A DNA stretch of 64,000 nt from Planctomycetota bacterium (lineage in GTDB: Bacteria > Planctomycetota > JBFWNO01). The first letter of the stretch is position 1. Every line of letters begins with the position of its first letter. The stretch spans positions 12,775 to 76,774 of the forward strand of contig JBFWNO010000002.1 in NCBI GenBank assembly GCA_050251015.1, written 5' to 3'. The notes beneath the pieces are model-generated. The model did not search any database. It saw only the letters and a list, made by a program, of their open reading frames with translations, and had not been told where the DNA came from. Positions 15,037 through 23,245 of this stretch are shown here, piece after piece. Made by a program: the position numbers and the translations under genes.

Positions 15037-16772
15037 AATGGAATCTCGTCGTCTTCGGCATAGGCGTACTCCGGCTTCGTCTCTTCGGGAGTTGCCTCCG
15101 CTTCATCCCAACCCGGTTCTCGGTAAGCGGGTTTGCCTGCCTGCGCCGCGTCCGGAGCGGCAGGCAGGTCGCTCAGCTCGTAGCCAACGATCCGGTCGAA
15201 GTCCTCGCCGGTGACGCTGCGCACGGTGATGGCCCTGGTCGGGCAGAGCGCGCCCGCGTTGGCGAGTTCCACGGCCTCGGCCGCCGACTGCGGCACGGGG
15301 ACGTTCGAACGTCTGCGCCACCAGGACTCGGCTTTCTTTCGGGCCCAGCCCGTGTGCTCGAAGCAGATCCATTCGGACTGGTAGCAGTTGAAGCCGAGCC
15401 GGTACTCGACGCGCAGGGTCCGTGGTGCATCGTCCGGCGCGCCGCGCTTCTGGTGGACGGCGTAGAAGACCTCCTGCACGGCGTGTTCGGTCGTCGTCGC
15501 CTGGCCGGAAAGAATGCCCTCGGTCGAAGCGGTCGCGTCGTGCTTGTTCGACTCCGGCGGCGGGAACTCGTAGCCGCAGTCGGGACAGACCGAATAACCA
15601 GCCGCGATGACGCTGTGACACTCCGGGCATTCCTTCGCGGGCACTTCTCCGTTTCCGCGCCGGTCCGGTTCCTGAATGCGAATCGCGTCTACCGGCCCGT
15701 GGCGCAACACGTTTCCCCCGAAGTCCAGGACCAGGCAGTTTTCCTTGCCGGGATGAAGCCGAAAGCCGCGACCGACCATCTGGTAGTAGAGGCCCGGCGA
15801 CAGCGTCGGTCGGACCATGGCGACGCAGTCGATATTGGGCGCGTCGAAGCCCATCGTCAGCACGTTGACGTTGACCAGGTACTTGAGCGTCCCGGCCTTG
15901 AAGTCTGTAAGCACGCGGTCGCGCTCGAAATCGAGTGTGTTGCCGAAGACGGTTCCGGCCTCCGCGCCGAACTTCTCGCGCATCACCTGCGCGATGTGCT
16001 GGCCGTGCTTCACACCGGTGGCGAAGATGAGCACGGACTTCCGCATACGGGTGTGCTCGACGATCTCGCGGCAGGCCGATTCGACCAGCGCGTCGGTGTC
16101 CATGAGGTCCTCGGCCTCGCCCGCCACGAACTCGCCTGCGCGGACGTGCAGACCCGAGGTGTCGATCTTCTCCCGGCTCGCCTTGGTGATGAGCGGCGAC
16201 AAGTAGCCCTGGACGATCAGTTCCTTGACGCCGATCTCGTAGCAGACGTGGTTGAGCACGTTTTCCGGCGCGCAGATCATCCCGCTCTTCATCCGAAACG
16301 GCGTCGCGGTGAGGCCGATCACGCGCAGGTGCGGGTTGACGGTGCGGGCGTCCTCCAGGAACGTGCGGTACATTCCGTCGCCGTCTGGCGGGATCATGTG
16401 CGCCTCGTCGATGATGACGAGGTCGAAGGCGTCCAGCTCGCAGGCGCGTTTGTAGATGCTCTGGATGCCCGCGACGATGATCGGGTGCTCGGTGTCGCGG
16501 CTCTTCAGGCCCGCCGAGTAGACGCCGGTCTTCATCCACATCTCCGGCGCGACCAGGTGGAGTTTGTCCACCGCCTGTTCGAGCAGTTCCTTCACGTGGG
16601 CCAGGATCAGCACGCGGCCTTTCCATCGGCCGACGGCATCGCGACAGATCGTCGCCATGACCGGCGTCTTGCCGCCACCGGTCGGGATCACGACGCAGGG
16701 GTTGTCGTCGCGTTCCCGAAGATGGCGGTAGATCGCCGCCACGGATTCCTGTTGGTATTCGCGCAGCTCCAT
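15033..16772 (-). CDS. Superfamily-2 DEAD/DEAH helicase with C-terminal zinc ribbon
   Basis: 579 aa. Motif I VIPTGGGKTPV, motif II VIIDEAHMI, motif VI QMVGRGFR, plus CPECHSVIAAGYSVCPDCG. Confidence 0.85.
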   Translation of the reverse strand: MELREYQQESVAAIYRHLRERDDNPCVVIPTGGGKTPVMATICRDAVGRWKGRVLILAHVKELLEQAVDKLHLVAPEMWMKTGVYSAGLKSRDTEHPIIVAGIQSIYKRACELDAFDLVIIDEAHMIPPDGDGMYRTFLEDARTVNPHLRVIGLTATPFRMKSGMICAPENVLNHVCYEIGVKELIVQGYLSPLITKASREKIDTSGLHVRAGEFVAGEAEDLMDTDALVESACREIVEHTRMRKSVLIFATGVKHGQHIAQVMREKFGAEAGTVFGNTLDFERDRVLTDFKAGTLKYLVNVNVLTMGFDAPNIDCVAMVRPTLSPGLYYQMVGRGFRLHPGKENCLVLDFGGNVLRHGPVDAIRIQEPDRRGNGEVPAKECPECHSVIAAGYSVCPDCGYEFPPPESNKHDATASTEGILSGQATTTEHAVQEVFYAVHQKRGAPDDAPRTLRVEYRLGFNCYQSEWICFEHTGWARKKAESWWRRRSNVPVPQSAAEAVELANAGALCPTRAITVRSVTGEDFDRIVGYELSDLPAAPDAAQAGKPAYREPGWDEAEATPEETKPEYAYAEDDEIPF

Positions 16773-17000
16773 TCAGACGCAGACCTCCTGGTGCTCGTCC
16801 TTGTGCGGACAATGCGCCGGAACTTCGGAGATCTTCGTCATGCCGAAGACCGTGCCGAGCAACCGCTTCGTGGGCAGGTGCGTAATGCGCCTGGCCACGA
16901 TCTCGTGCGGGCAGAAGACGAGGCCGTGCGCCCAGTCCTCGGGGTCCCAGGCCTTTCCGTTCCGCCGGAAGCAGCGCTTACAGGTTGATTCATTCAACAT
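16773..17000 (-). CDS. Small Cys/His-rich hypothetical protein
   Basis: 75 aa, filling exactly the space between RusA and the helicase. CKRC...CPH...HCPH. Confidence 0.45.
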   Translation of the reverse strand: MLNESTCKRCFRRNGKAWDPEDWAHGLVFCPHEIVARRITHLPTKRLLGTVFGMTKISEVPAHCPHKDEHQEVCV

Positions 17001-17347
17001 CGCTTCATCTCCTCGATCCGGACCACGGTCTTGCCCCCCGGCTCCACCTCGCGTTTCTCCACCTCGAGCCGGACGATCTGGCTGTCGTCCCGGTACGCGC
17101 CGCCGTGTTCGAGGGCATCGAGCAGCGCCTTCTGGACGTTGTCGATGTCCCGACGACGACGGTCCGGCGGGTAGACCTCGATCTCGACATGGAGCCGACC
17201 GGCCATCGGCCGGACTCCGGCCGCCGCGAGGATCGCGCAGACCCGTTCCCGAAACCTGCGCCCCTCGCGGCTGATGAGCGTTCGGGGTCCCACCCGCCGG
17301 TAGTAGTGGTTCACCGACGGCGGCCAGGGCAGTTCGAACTCGATCAT
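16994..17347 (-). CDS. rusA: RusA Holliday-junction resolvase
   Basis: MIEFELPWPPSVNHYYRR...RRRRDIDNVQKALLDAL...YRDDSQIV. The ATG at 17347 overlaps the upstream stop. The track ORF N-terminus was trimmed. Confidence 0.85.
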   Translation of the reverse strand: MIEFELPWPPSVNHYYRRVGPRTLISREGRRFRERVCAILAAAGVRPMAGRLHVEIEVYPPDRRRRDIDNVQKALLDALEHGGAYRDDSQIVRLEVEKREVEPGGKTVVRIEEMKRC

Positions 17348-17799
17348 CGGCGCGCCCAGGGAGGGGTGTTGCTCGCCTCCTGCTGGGGCGCTCCGCTCGC
17401 CGCCTCCTTCCTGGCGTATCCCTTGATCTCGTTGGTCAGGTCGCCGGTGTCCTCGCGCTTCTTGCACTTGACCGTGATCTGGAGCGGCAGGTTGTGCAGC
17501 TCGAGGGAGTCTTTCGGCTGCATCACGCCGACCGCCCGGCAGATGGCCGAGAGTTCCCCTTGCGCGATCTGCATCGCCAGCTCGTTGGGGTTGTCGAGGT
17601 TGAGGCGGCTCCAGAGCAGGCGGTTCTTGCACGGACCGTCGATCACCTGGAAGGTCAGCTCCAGGTAGTGGCCGTTGCCGCTCTTGGTCGGCTTCATCTC
17701 CGAGTCGGTGATGACGGCGACGTACTTGCCCCCAGGGATCGGTTCGAAGTCGTCGGCGGGGGCGACGTTGTTCGCGTTGAATCCGTTGAGATTCGCCAT
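17344..17799 (-). CDS. DUF669 phage protein (accessory partner of Sak4-type recombinases)
   Basis: ATG at 17799 with an AAAGGAGGAAAG RBS. FEPIPGGKYVAVITDSEMKPTKSGNGHYLELTFQVIDG matches the DUF669 pattern. Confidence 0.75.
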   Translation of the reverse strand: MANLNGFNANNVAPADDFEPIPGGKYVAVITDSEMKPTKSGNGHYLELTFQVIDGPCKNRLLWSRLNLDNPNELAMQIAQGELSAICRAVGVMQPKDSLELHNLPLQITVKCKKREDTGDLTNEIKGYARKEAASGAPQQEASNTPPWARR

Positions 17800-17801
17800 G
17801 G

Positions 17802-18560
17802 TTACTTTCCTCCTTTGTTCTTGCCGTTGGGCAGGTAGTGGGCGTAGGCGTTCCAGTCGAGCGGAAGCTCGTCGGGAAGGTTGAGGCGGTTCTTCGCCAT
17901 GTGGGCCGGGCGCTCCTGCGTGCGGACGATCCGCTCGCCGGTGCCCAGGCCCTGGGTGCGCTTGCGGTCGAAGCCCTCGTCCGTTTGCTTGGTGAAGACC
18001 TTGTAGGTGGCGAAGAGGACCTCGTCGCACCATTCCTGCACGACCGCCGCCGCGAGCTTGTGCAGGCGCGGCACGTAGCGGTCGTAGGATTCGGTCTCGG
18101 GGTTCTCGAAGCGCTCGATGCGGGCGTGCGCGATGAGCACCACCGTCATGCCCTTGTCGGCGCGCAGCGCGGTCAGCCCCTCGAGGAACTCCCGCCACTG
18201 CGTGAGGGCGAAGACGTAGCCCTTGGCGTAGCCGATGTCCTCGATGCTCTCGACATTGCGCTTGCGGCAGACCTCCGCCCAGATGATCCGCTCCAGCCAG
18301 TCGAGCGAATCCACAACGACCGTTCGGTATGCGTGCTTGTCGGTGTAGAGCTCCGACAGGGCCTTCATGGCCTGGTCGAACGTCGCAGTGAGCGGGAACT
18401 TGTCGCAGTCGATCTCGCCGAGGCCGTCCTCGGTCTGGATGAAGATCGGTTTCGGAGCACTCGACGCGAACGTCGATTTTCCGATTCCGTGCGTGCCGTA
18501 CAGCATCACGCGCCTCGGCGCGGGGCTCCTCCCGCTGGTGACTTGTTCAAGCAGACTCAT
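17802..18560 (-). CDS. AAA_24 / Sak4-like RecA-fold ATPase
   Basis: ATG at 18560 with a GGAGG RBS. Walker A LYGTHGIGKST, Walker B-like VVVDSLD. Confidence 0.8.
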   Translation of the reverse strand: MSLLEQVTSGRSPAPRRVMLYGTHGIGKSTFASSAPKPIFIQTEDGLGEIDCDKFPLTATFDQAMKALSELYTDKHAYRTVVVDSLDWLERIIWAEVCRKRNVESIEDIGYAKGYVFALTQWREFLEGLTALRADKGMTVVLIAHARIERFENPETESYDRYVPRLHKLAAAVVQEWCDEVLFATYKVFTKQTDEGFDRKRTQGLGTGERIVRTQERPAHMAKNRLNLPDELPLDWNAYAHYLPNGKNKGGK

Positions 18561-18667
18561 TTCACACACCTCCTTTTCTTGAAAAGGCGGCGAGACGGAC
18601 GGGCACAGGGAGTCCGAGCCGGGAGGCCCGATCCCGGCCACGCCATCCCGCCCGCTCGCCGCCAGGT

Positions 18668-19474
18668 TTAGAGCCAATCGAAAACACGGATCTCCTCGTA
18701 AAGCGTGGGCCAACGGTCGTGCTTGCGGCACTGCTTGAGGCGCGCGATGGCCTCTTCGTTTTCCTTCTGCGCGATCCCGAGGACGTCCTCGCCCATGCGC
18801 CACACGCCGCAGCGGAACGGCTCGCACTTCTCCGCGGCGATGAGGTGAACGGGGAACGTCTCGCCGCTGATCGCCCGGACCACCGCGCGGTAGAAAGCCA
18901 TCTGGTGGATGTAGCCGTAGCGGCGGGCGTCCGACTCGAACCAGGTCAGGTCATCGCAGGTCTTGAGGTCCACGATGCCGCGCTCGGCGCTGAACCAGTC
19001 CATGCGGACCTGGCAGGTCTCGCCGCAGTACTCGCCCCGCACCACTCCCTCCGGCACGCCGTCGGCCAGGAGACGTTGCGCGGCTTCATGCGCCTGCACC
19101 GCTCCGGCGAGCTTCGTGACGAGTTCGAACTGCGTGTCGGTCAGAACGGGTTTGCCCTGGGCGGCGGCCCACTCGGCGTATGCCTTGGTGTTCGCGCCGA
19201 AGGGACTGCCGGTCTTCGGATTGATCGGCCCCCCGATGGCGTAGCGGTTCTCGAAGACCCGTCCACCTTCGAGAGCGAGCGCGTGGACGGCGCGGCCGAC
19301 GATGTAGGCGGGCCGGTCCACGTCCTCGATCAATCCGAGTTTCTTCTTGTGGTAGAGCGTCGGGCACTTGCGGAAGTCGGCCAGTTGATGGCTGCTCAGG
19401 TTCTCCCGGGCCTTCGCGCGGTACACGTCCTCCGGCTCGCGGAGGATGAAGTCGTCGTTGGCGGCTGCGATCAT
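18668..19474 (-). CDS. PD-(D/E)XK (RecB/Cas4-like) nuclease
   Basis: The ATG at 19474 overlaps the upstream stop (ATGA). GIVDLKTCDD and YGYIHQMAFY motifs. Confidence 0.75.
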   Translation of the reverse strand: MIAAANDDFILREPEDVYRAKARENLSSHQLADFRKCPTLYHKKKLGLIEDVDRPAYIVGRAVHALALEGGRVFENRYAIGGPINPKTGSPFGANTKAYAEWAAAQGKPVLTDTQFELVTKLAGAVQAHEAAQRLLADGVPEGVVRGEYCGETCQVRMDWFSAERGIVDLKTCDDLTWFESDARRYGYIHQMAFYRAVVRAISGETFPVHLIAAEKCEPFRCGVWRMGEDVLGIAQKENEEAIARLKQCRKHDRWPTLYEEIRVFDWL

Positions 19475-19761
19475 CGGGTCTCCTCCCGGACGTACCACGT
19501 CATGCTGTTTCGCCCGGTGACCCGGCAGGCGCGGACCTCGCGGTTCTCCACGAGTCCGGCGTCGCGCAGTTCGGGGAGGCGTCGGGAAGGGACGTGACGC
19601 TCCAGCCCCGTCGCGGCGGCGATCTCGGCCGCCGTGCGACCGGGGTTCTTCCTCACTTCTTCAAGGCAGACCGCGCGGTGCGTGGCGGCGCGCCCGCTGG
19701 CTTCCGCTTCGCGGGCGGCGTCGTGTGACGTTTGCGGGTCGGTCTTTCTCGCTCGGGCCAT
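19471..19761 (-). CDS. Winged-helix DNA-binding protein, first gene of the leftward replication/recombination operon
   Basis: MARARKTDPQTSHDAA...GRTAAEIAAATGLERHVPSRRLPELRDAGLV. The ATG at 19761 follows GGAGAAACCG. Confidence 0.7.
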   Translation of the reverse strand: MARARKTDPQTSHDAAREAEASGRAATHRAVCLEEVRKNPGRTAAEIAAATGLERHVPSRRLPELRDAGLVENREVRACRVTGRNSMTWYVREETR

Positions 19762-19826
19762 CGGTTTCTCCAATGCCGCGCGGCTCGAATTCCGGCTCGC
19801 GCTTGCATGGGGTTGTTACCCGCTCG
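19756..19826 (-). promoter_or_regulatory. Conserved bipartite leader, copy 2: 16-mer at 19756-19771 and 18-mer at 19809-19826
   Basis: Identical to the blocks at 5387-5402 and 5424-5441. The spacer here is longer. Confidence 0.5.
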
Positions 19827-19864
19827 GCCCTCGTTCTCGTCAATGACCCCCAAAACACATATGC

Positions 19865-19934
19865 GTGTTTCGGCACCCATCTCGAACCCCATCTCCTCCG
19901 CAGTTGCGCACGCATCTGTGTTTCGTCACCCATC
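19865..19934. repeat. Two 17-bp direct repeats, GTGTTTCGGCACCCATC (19865-19881) and GTGTTTCGTCACCCATC (19918-19934), in the divergent control region
   Basis: 16 of 17 nt identical, 53 bp apart, between the leftward wHTH gene and the rightward sigma-like gene. Candidate operators. Confidence 0.55.
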
Positions 19935-20032
19935 GCCGGGCCTAGAGAAGCGACCCCGATGCATATCGGAAAACCGTTCGTGACGCGCCGGGGTGGTCCC
20001 GTGCGCGCGGCAATCACGAACGGAGGCCCGAT

Positions 20033-20533
20033 ATGGAAAGACTCGATTACGACGGAATTGTGGAACCGTGGAAGGTGGAACTCATCGTGACGCGAGCGCG
20101 CCGCATGGGATTCCGGTGGGACGAAATCCCCGACGCTCAGCAGCAGATGATCCTGGACGTGGTGGGGTTCGAGTACGACGCGGCGAAGTCCAACGGCGCG
20201 AAGGAGAGCACCGCTCTCCAGGCGCTCATCGACAATCATCTCAAGAAGTTCTGCCGTTCGAACGCGCGGTATCGCGCGCATCTGGATCGGCTGGGGAGCA
20301 CGGTCTCCGACGGGGCGTTCTCGCCGAACCTCCACGCCATCCTGGACGTGCGCGCCGTCGTGGCCGAACTTCCCGAGCGCGAACAGGCCGTCTGCCGGAT
20401 GCTCGCCGAAGGCTGCCGGAAGGTCGACATCGCCAGGAAGCTCGGCTGCTGCTGGCACACCGTGGCCAGCATCGTGCGGCGACTCAGGCGGCTTTTCGAG
20501 GAACTCGGCCTGGACCCGGGGAGCCGCGACTGA
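20033..20533 (+). CDS. ECF-like sigma-70 family factor (regions 2 and 4)
   Basis: 166 aa with a GGAGG RBS. The C-terminus ELPEREQAVCRMLAEGCRKVDIARKLGCCWHTVASIVRRLRR is a region-4 HTH. The N-terminus DAQQQMILDVV...LIDNHLKKFCRSNAR is region-2-like. Confidence 0.7.
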   Translation: MERLDYDGIVEPWKVELIVTRARRMGFRWDEIPDAQQQMILDVVGFEYDAAKSNGAKESTALQALIDNHLKKFCRSNARYRAHLDRLGSTVSDGAFSPNLHAILDVRAVVAELPEREQAVCRMLAEGCRKVDIARKLGCCWHTVASIVRRLRRLFEELGLDPGSRD

Positions 20534-20823
20534 TGAAGCGCAAACGCCCACGCGCCGGGCGGCCGGGAATCCTCGCAACCTCCGAGGAATTGACTGGATT
20601 TCCGCCCGAAACGAGCCCTCATGTGTCACGGCCCGATGACGCACCGGAACGTCCGCTGTCCATGGCCTGGATTTCGGACGAACTGCTCGCCAAGACGCGG
20701 AGGGTGTGGTCGCGGGCCTATGAAAGGCCCGTGGGCGTGGAGGAGGCCGTGGAGATTTTGACGAACGTAAAGCACCTGGCGGAAGCGCTGGTGCGAGCCA
20801 GGCAAGGAGGTGACGAGACATGA
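20533..20823 (+). CDS. Hypothetical protein translationally coupled on both sides (candidate integrase accessory / directionality factor)
   Basis: The ATG at 20533 overlaps the sigma stop (TGATG), and its stop overlaps the integrase ATG (ATGA). 96 aa. Confidence 0.5.
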   Translation: MKRKRPRAGRPGILATSEELTGFPPETSPHVSRPDDAPERPLSMAWISDELLAKTRRVWSRAYERPVGVEEAVEILTNVKHLAEALVRARQGGDET

Positions 20824-22355
20824 ACGTGGTGATTTGGGCGCGGGTGTCCTCGCGCGAACAGAAGGAGGGCTATTCGCTGGACGCGCAGGTTCGCGCCAAC
20901 CGCGACCGGGCCCTGAAGAACGGCTGGACCGTGGTCCGGGAGTTCGTGGTCGCCGAGTCGGCCAAGCGCGGAGCGGAGCGCGCGGTGTTCAACGAGATGT
21001 TCAAGTGGGTGAAGGCCAATGCCAAGAAGGACAAGATCAAGGCGATCCTGTCCCACAAGCTCGACCGCGTCTGCCGCAACATGCGCGACGCGGTGCGCCT
21101 GCAGGAGCTCGAGGATGCCTGCGGCGTCCAGCTCTCCTTCGTGGAGAACCAGTTCGGGCCCGGAGCGGCCGGGGCGCTCTCGTTCAACGTCATGGCGGCG
21201 GTCGCGCAGTACTACTCGGACAACCTGCGCACCGAGGTCCTGAAGGGGATGGACGAGAAGGTCCGCCAGGGGTGGCCTACCGGTCACGCGCCGTTCGGAT
21301 ACCTCAACGTGGACAGCAAGGACGAACCCGTCGTACCGCATCCGGAGAAGAGCGGCACGCTCATGCGCGTCTTTGAGCTCTACGCCATGGGGCGATACAC
21401 CTTCAAGAGCCTCGCGGACAAGCTCCGGGACGAGGGGCACACGCTCCGCCCGAGCCAGCCCCGGTTCAGCCGGACCTCGCTCTCCTACATCCTGAACAAC
21501 CGGTTCTATGTCGGCGAGCTCGAGCGCAACGGCAAGGTCCACCCCGGGAAGTACAAGCTCCTCATCAGCCGCCGCACGTTCGACCTCTGCCAGGAAATCT
21601 TGAGCGGCAAGAACCGCCGCACGGGCCGCCCGGAGATCATGCTCTCGGGTGCCATCCTGCGCTGCGCCGTCTGCGGATACGGCATCACTGGCGAGCAGAT
21701 CCGCCGCAAGCTGTCCGACGGTAGCCGAAACGTCCATGTGTATTACAAGTGCGGGAGCGAACACCAGCCCGAGGAACATCCCAGGGTGCGATGGAAGGAG
21801 AAGGACCTCGAGGACGCCATCGTTCGGGATCTGGACACCATGCGCATCCCCGATCCGGAAACGGCCGACTGGTTGCGCGACGCGATCCGCGAGGCCTTCG
21901 AGGACGCCTCCTACGCGCGGAGCCAATGGAAGAAGACGCTGGCCAGGCGCAAGACCGAACTGGCCAGCATGCAGGACCGGCTCCTGAACGCCTACCTCGG
22001 CGGGACCATCGACGAGGCCGCCTTCAACGCCAAGTCGCTGGAGTTCCGGCGCGAGGCGGAGGACGTGGAACGCCAGATGGAGGAGGCGGGCGACTTCGAC
22101 CCCGAACGCGGGAAGTTGGCGCTGTCGGTCTTCGATTTCAGCCAGAACTTGGCCGAGCGGTGGCGCGGTTCGAAGTTCGCCTCCAAACGCGAGATTTTGG
22201 AGTGCGTGACTTCGAACCGCCTCCTGGGCGACGTAACTCTCGCCCTGACAAAGAGAAAGCCATTCGACGCGCTCGCCGAAATGGCCGTTTTGAAAAATGG
22301 TCGGGGAGAGAGGATTCGAACCTCCGATCTCCTGGTCCCAAACCAGGCGCGTTAA
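20820..22355 (+). CDS. Large serine recombinase (phage integrase)
   Basis: 511 aa. MNVVIWARVSSREQKEGYSLDAQ is the resolvase catalytic domain. Also a recombinase domain, a zinc ribbon CAVCGYGITGE...YYKCG and a coiled-coil tail. The last ~19 codons are antisense to tRNA-Pro. Confidence 0.9.
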   Translation: MNVVIWARVSSREQKEGYSLDAQVRANRDRALKNGWTVVREFVVAESAKRGAERAVFNEMFKWVKANAKKDKIKAILSHKLDRVCRNMRDAVRLQELEDACGVQLSFVENQFGPGAAGALSFNVMAAVAQYYSDNLRTEVLKGMDEKVRQGWPTGHAPFGYLNVDSKDEPVVPHPEKSGTLMRVFELYAMGRYTFKSLADKLRDEGHTLRPSQPRFSRTSLSYILNNRFYVGELERNGKVHPGKYKLLISRRTFDLCQEILSGKNRRTGRPEIMLSGAILRCAVCGYGITGEQIRRKLSDGSRNVHVYYKCGSEHQPEEHPRVRWKEKDLEDAIVRDLDTMRIPDPETADWLRDAIREAFEDASYARSQWKKTLARRKTELASMQDRLLNAYLGGTIDEAAFNAKSLEFRREAEDVERQMEEAGDFDPERGKLALSVFDFSQNLAERWRGSKFASKREILECVTSNRLLGDVTLALTKRKPFDALAEMAVLKNGRGERIRTSDLLVPNQAR

Positions 22356-22375
22356 CCAGGCTGCGCTACTCCCCG
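22298..22375 (-). tRNA. tRNA-Pro (anticodon UGG), CCA encoded
   Basis: Hand-folded cloverleaf: acceptor CGGGGAG/CTCCCCG, anticodon arm CCTGG-TTTGGGA-CCAGG, T arm GGAGG-TTCGAAT-CCTCT, discriminator A + CCA. There is one C-A mismatch in the D stem. Confidence 0.9.
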
Positions 22376-22430
22376 ACTGTGGGTGGTCATTATCTCCGAG
22401 AGTGCGGCTTTTACCAGAAGGGTTATTCGG

Positions 22431-23243
22431 TCAAAACAAGTCCATGAGGGCCGTCACATCGCCGTTGATCCACTGGCCCATGTCGGGAAGCCGGTAAAGA
22501 CAGCCGTCTTGGTGCCGTGAAAGATGCAGGGCCCCACCACTCCAGAGGAGCTCGCCTCCTGCATCCCGGAAAAGCAAGACGCAACGGGATGATTGGGAAA
22601 CCAGAGCATAGGTGCAGGTGCCGTCGCTGAGGTACAGGATTCCGGATCGCGTGTCGGCCGCAATAGAAATGATGGGATCGAGGCCCGGCAAGGCGGCCAG
22701 GGTTCGGACCTCCCCACCGGGCTTGAAGGTGTGGATGCCGGCGCCCATGGCAAAATAAACGCGACCCTCAGAGGCCACCAGGGCCGTGGGAGCGCTTGGG
22801 AGGCTCAGGATCGGCTGGTGTCCGTTGATGCGTTCAAACGCAAACATGAGGGCTTCGCCACTCGCATCCAATCCGCTGATGTAAAGTCGTTGGCCCTCGC
22901 CGGCCATTTGAGCCGCCGTGAGCGGGACCTCCAGGATCCGCTCCGGTGAGGGAACCAAGCTGTATAGCGCTCCCTTCCCGAGCGCAACAGGCGAGCCCCC
23001 CATGAGAGCCGCGGCTTCAAGAGTCACGGGAGCGCTGAAGGATGCCCGGTTATCGAGTTTCACAAGGCGCCCAGCCGAAGTGCGCACCCACAAGGCTCCC
23101 GCCTGTCCCTCAAAGGCTTCCAGGACCTTTTCCCCGCCAAGGTCCGATGGCGCTACAAGACATTCAGCTCTTGGAACCGTCACCGGTTCGGCTCCGCAAG
23201 ATGCCAGAATGACGAGCGCAACCATCATGATGATGCGATTCAT
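22431..23243 (-). CDS. Hypothetical lipoprotein
   Basis: 270 aa. Signal peptide with a lipobox (MNRIIMMVALVILASCG). Confidence 0.65.
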   Translation of the reverse strand: MNRIIMMVALVILASCGAEPVTVPRAECLVAPSDLGGEKVLEAFEGQAGALWVRTSAGRLVKLDNRASFSAPVTLEAAALMGGSPVALGKGALYSLVPSPERILEVPLTAAQMAGEGQRLYISGLDASGEALMFAFERINGHQPILSLPSAPTALVASEGRVYFAMGAGIHTFKPGGEVRTLAALPGLDPIISIAADTRSGILYLSDGTCTYALVSQSSRCVLLFRDAGGELLWSGGALHLSRHQDGCLYRLPDMGQWINGDVTALMDLF

Positions 23244-23245
23244 GG

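Larger units (their letters stand above)
1..22355. mobile_element. Prophage (tailed phage), right-hand portion; left end lies beyond the window start
   Basis: Uninterrupted phage modules (structural, packaging, DNA modification, replication, recombination, regulator, serine integrase) ending inside a tRNA-Pro gene. The DNA is visibly GC-richer than the sequence right of ~22.4 kb. Confidence 0.85.

Noticed and set aside
18561-18667. Hairpins in the 107-nt gap before the AAA_24 gene: GCCGGGA-N7-TCCCGGC, and CCTTTT-CAAG-AAAAGG, which partly masks the SD.
   Set aside because: Short or AT-weak stems without U-runs. They could equally be chance, and that is not enough to call an attenuator or terminator.
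22389-22394. GATAAT (minus strand) 13 nt upstream of the mature tRNA-Pro 5' end, considered as a -10 box.
   Set aside because: No acceptable -35 at 16-18 nt spacing. That is too weak to report as a feature.
22200-22450. The abrupt composition change at about 22.3 kb, considered as an assembly chimera rather than a prophage junction.
   Set aside because: The integrase ORF runs without interruption into a complete tRNA gene, which is the expected architecture of an att junction. This cannot be fully excluded without reads, and it is flagged in the corresponding finding.
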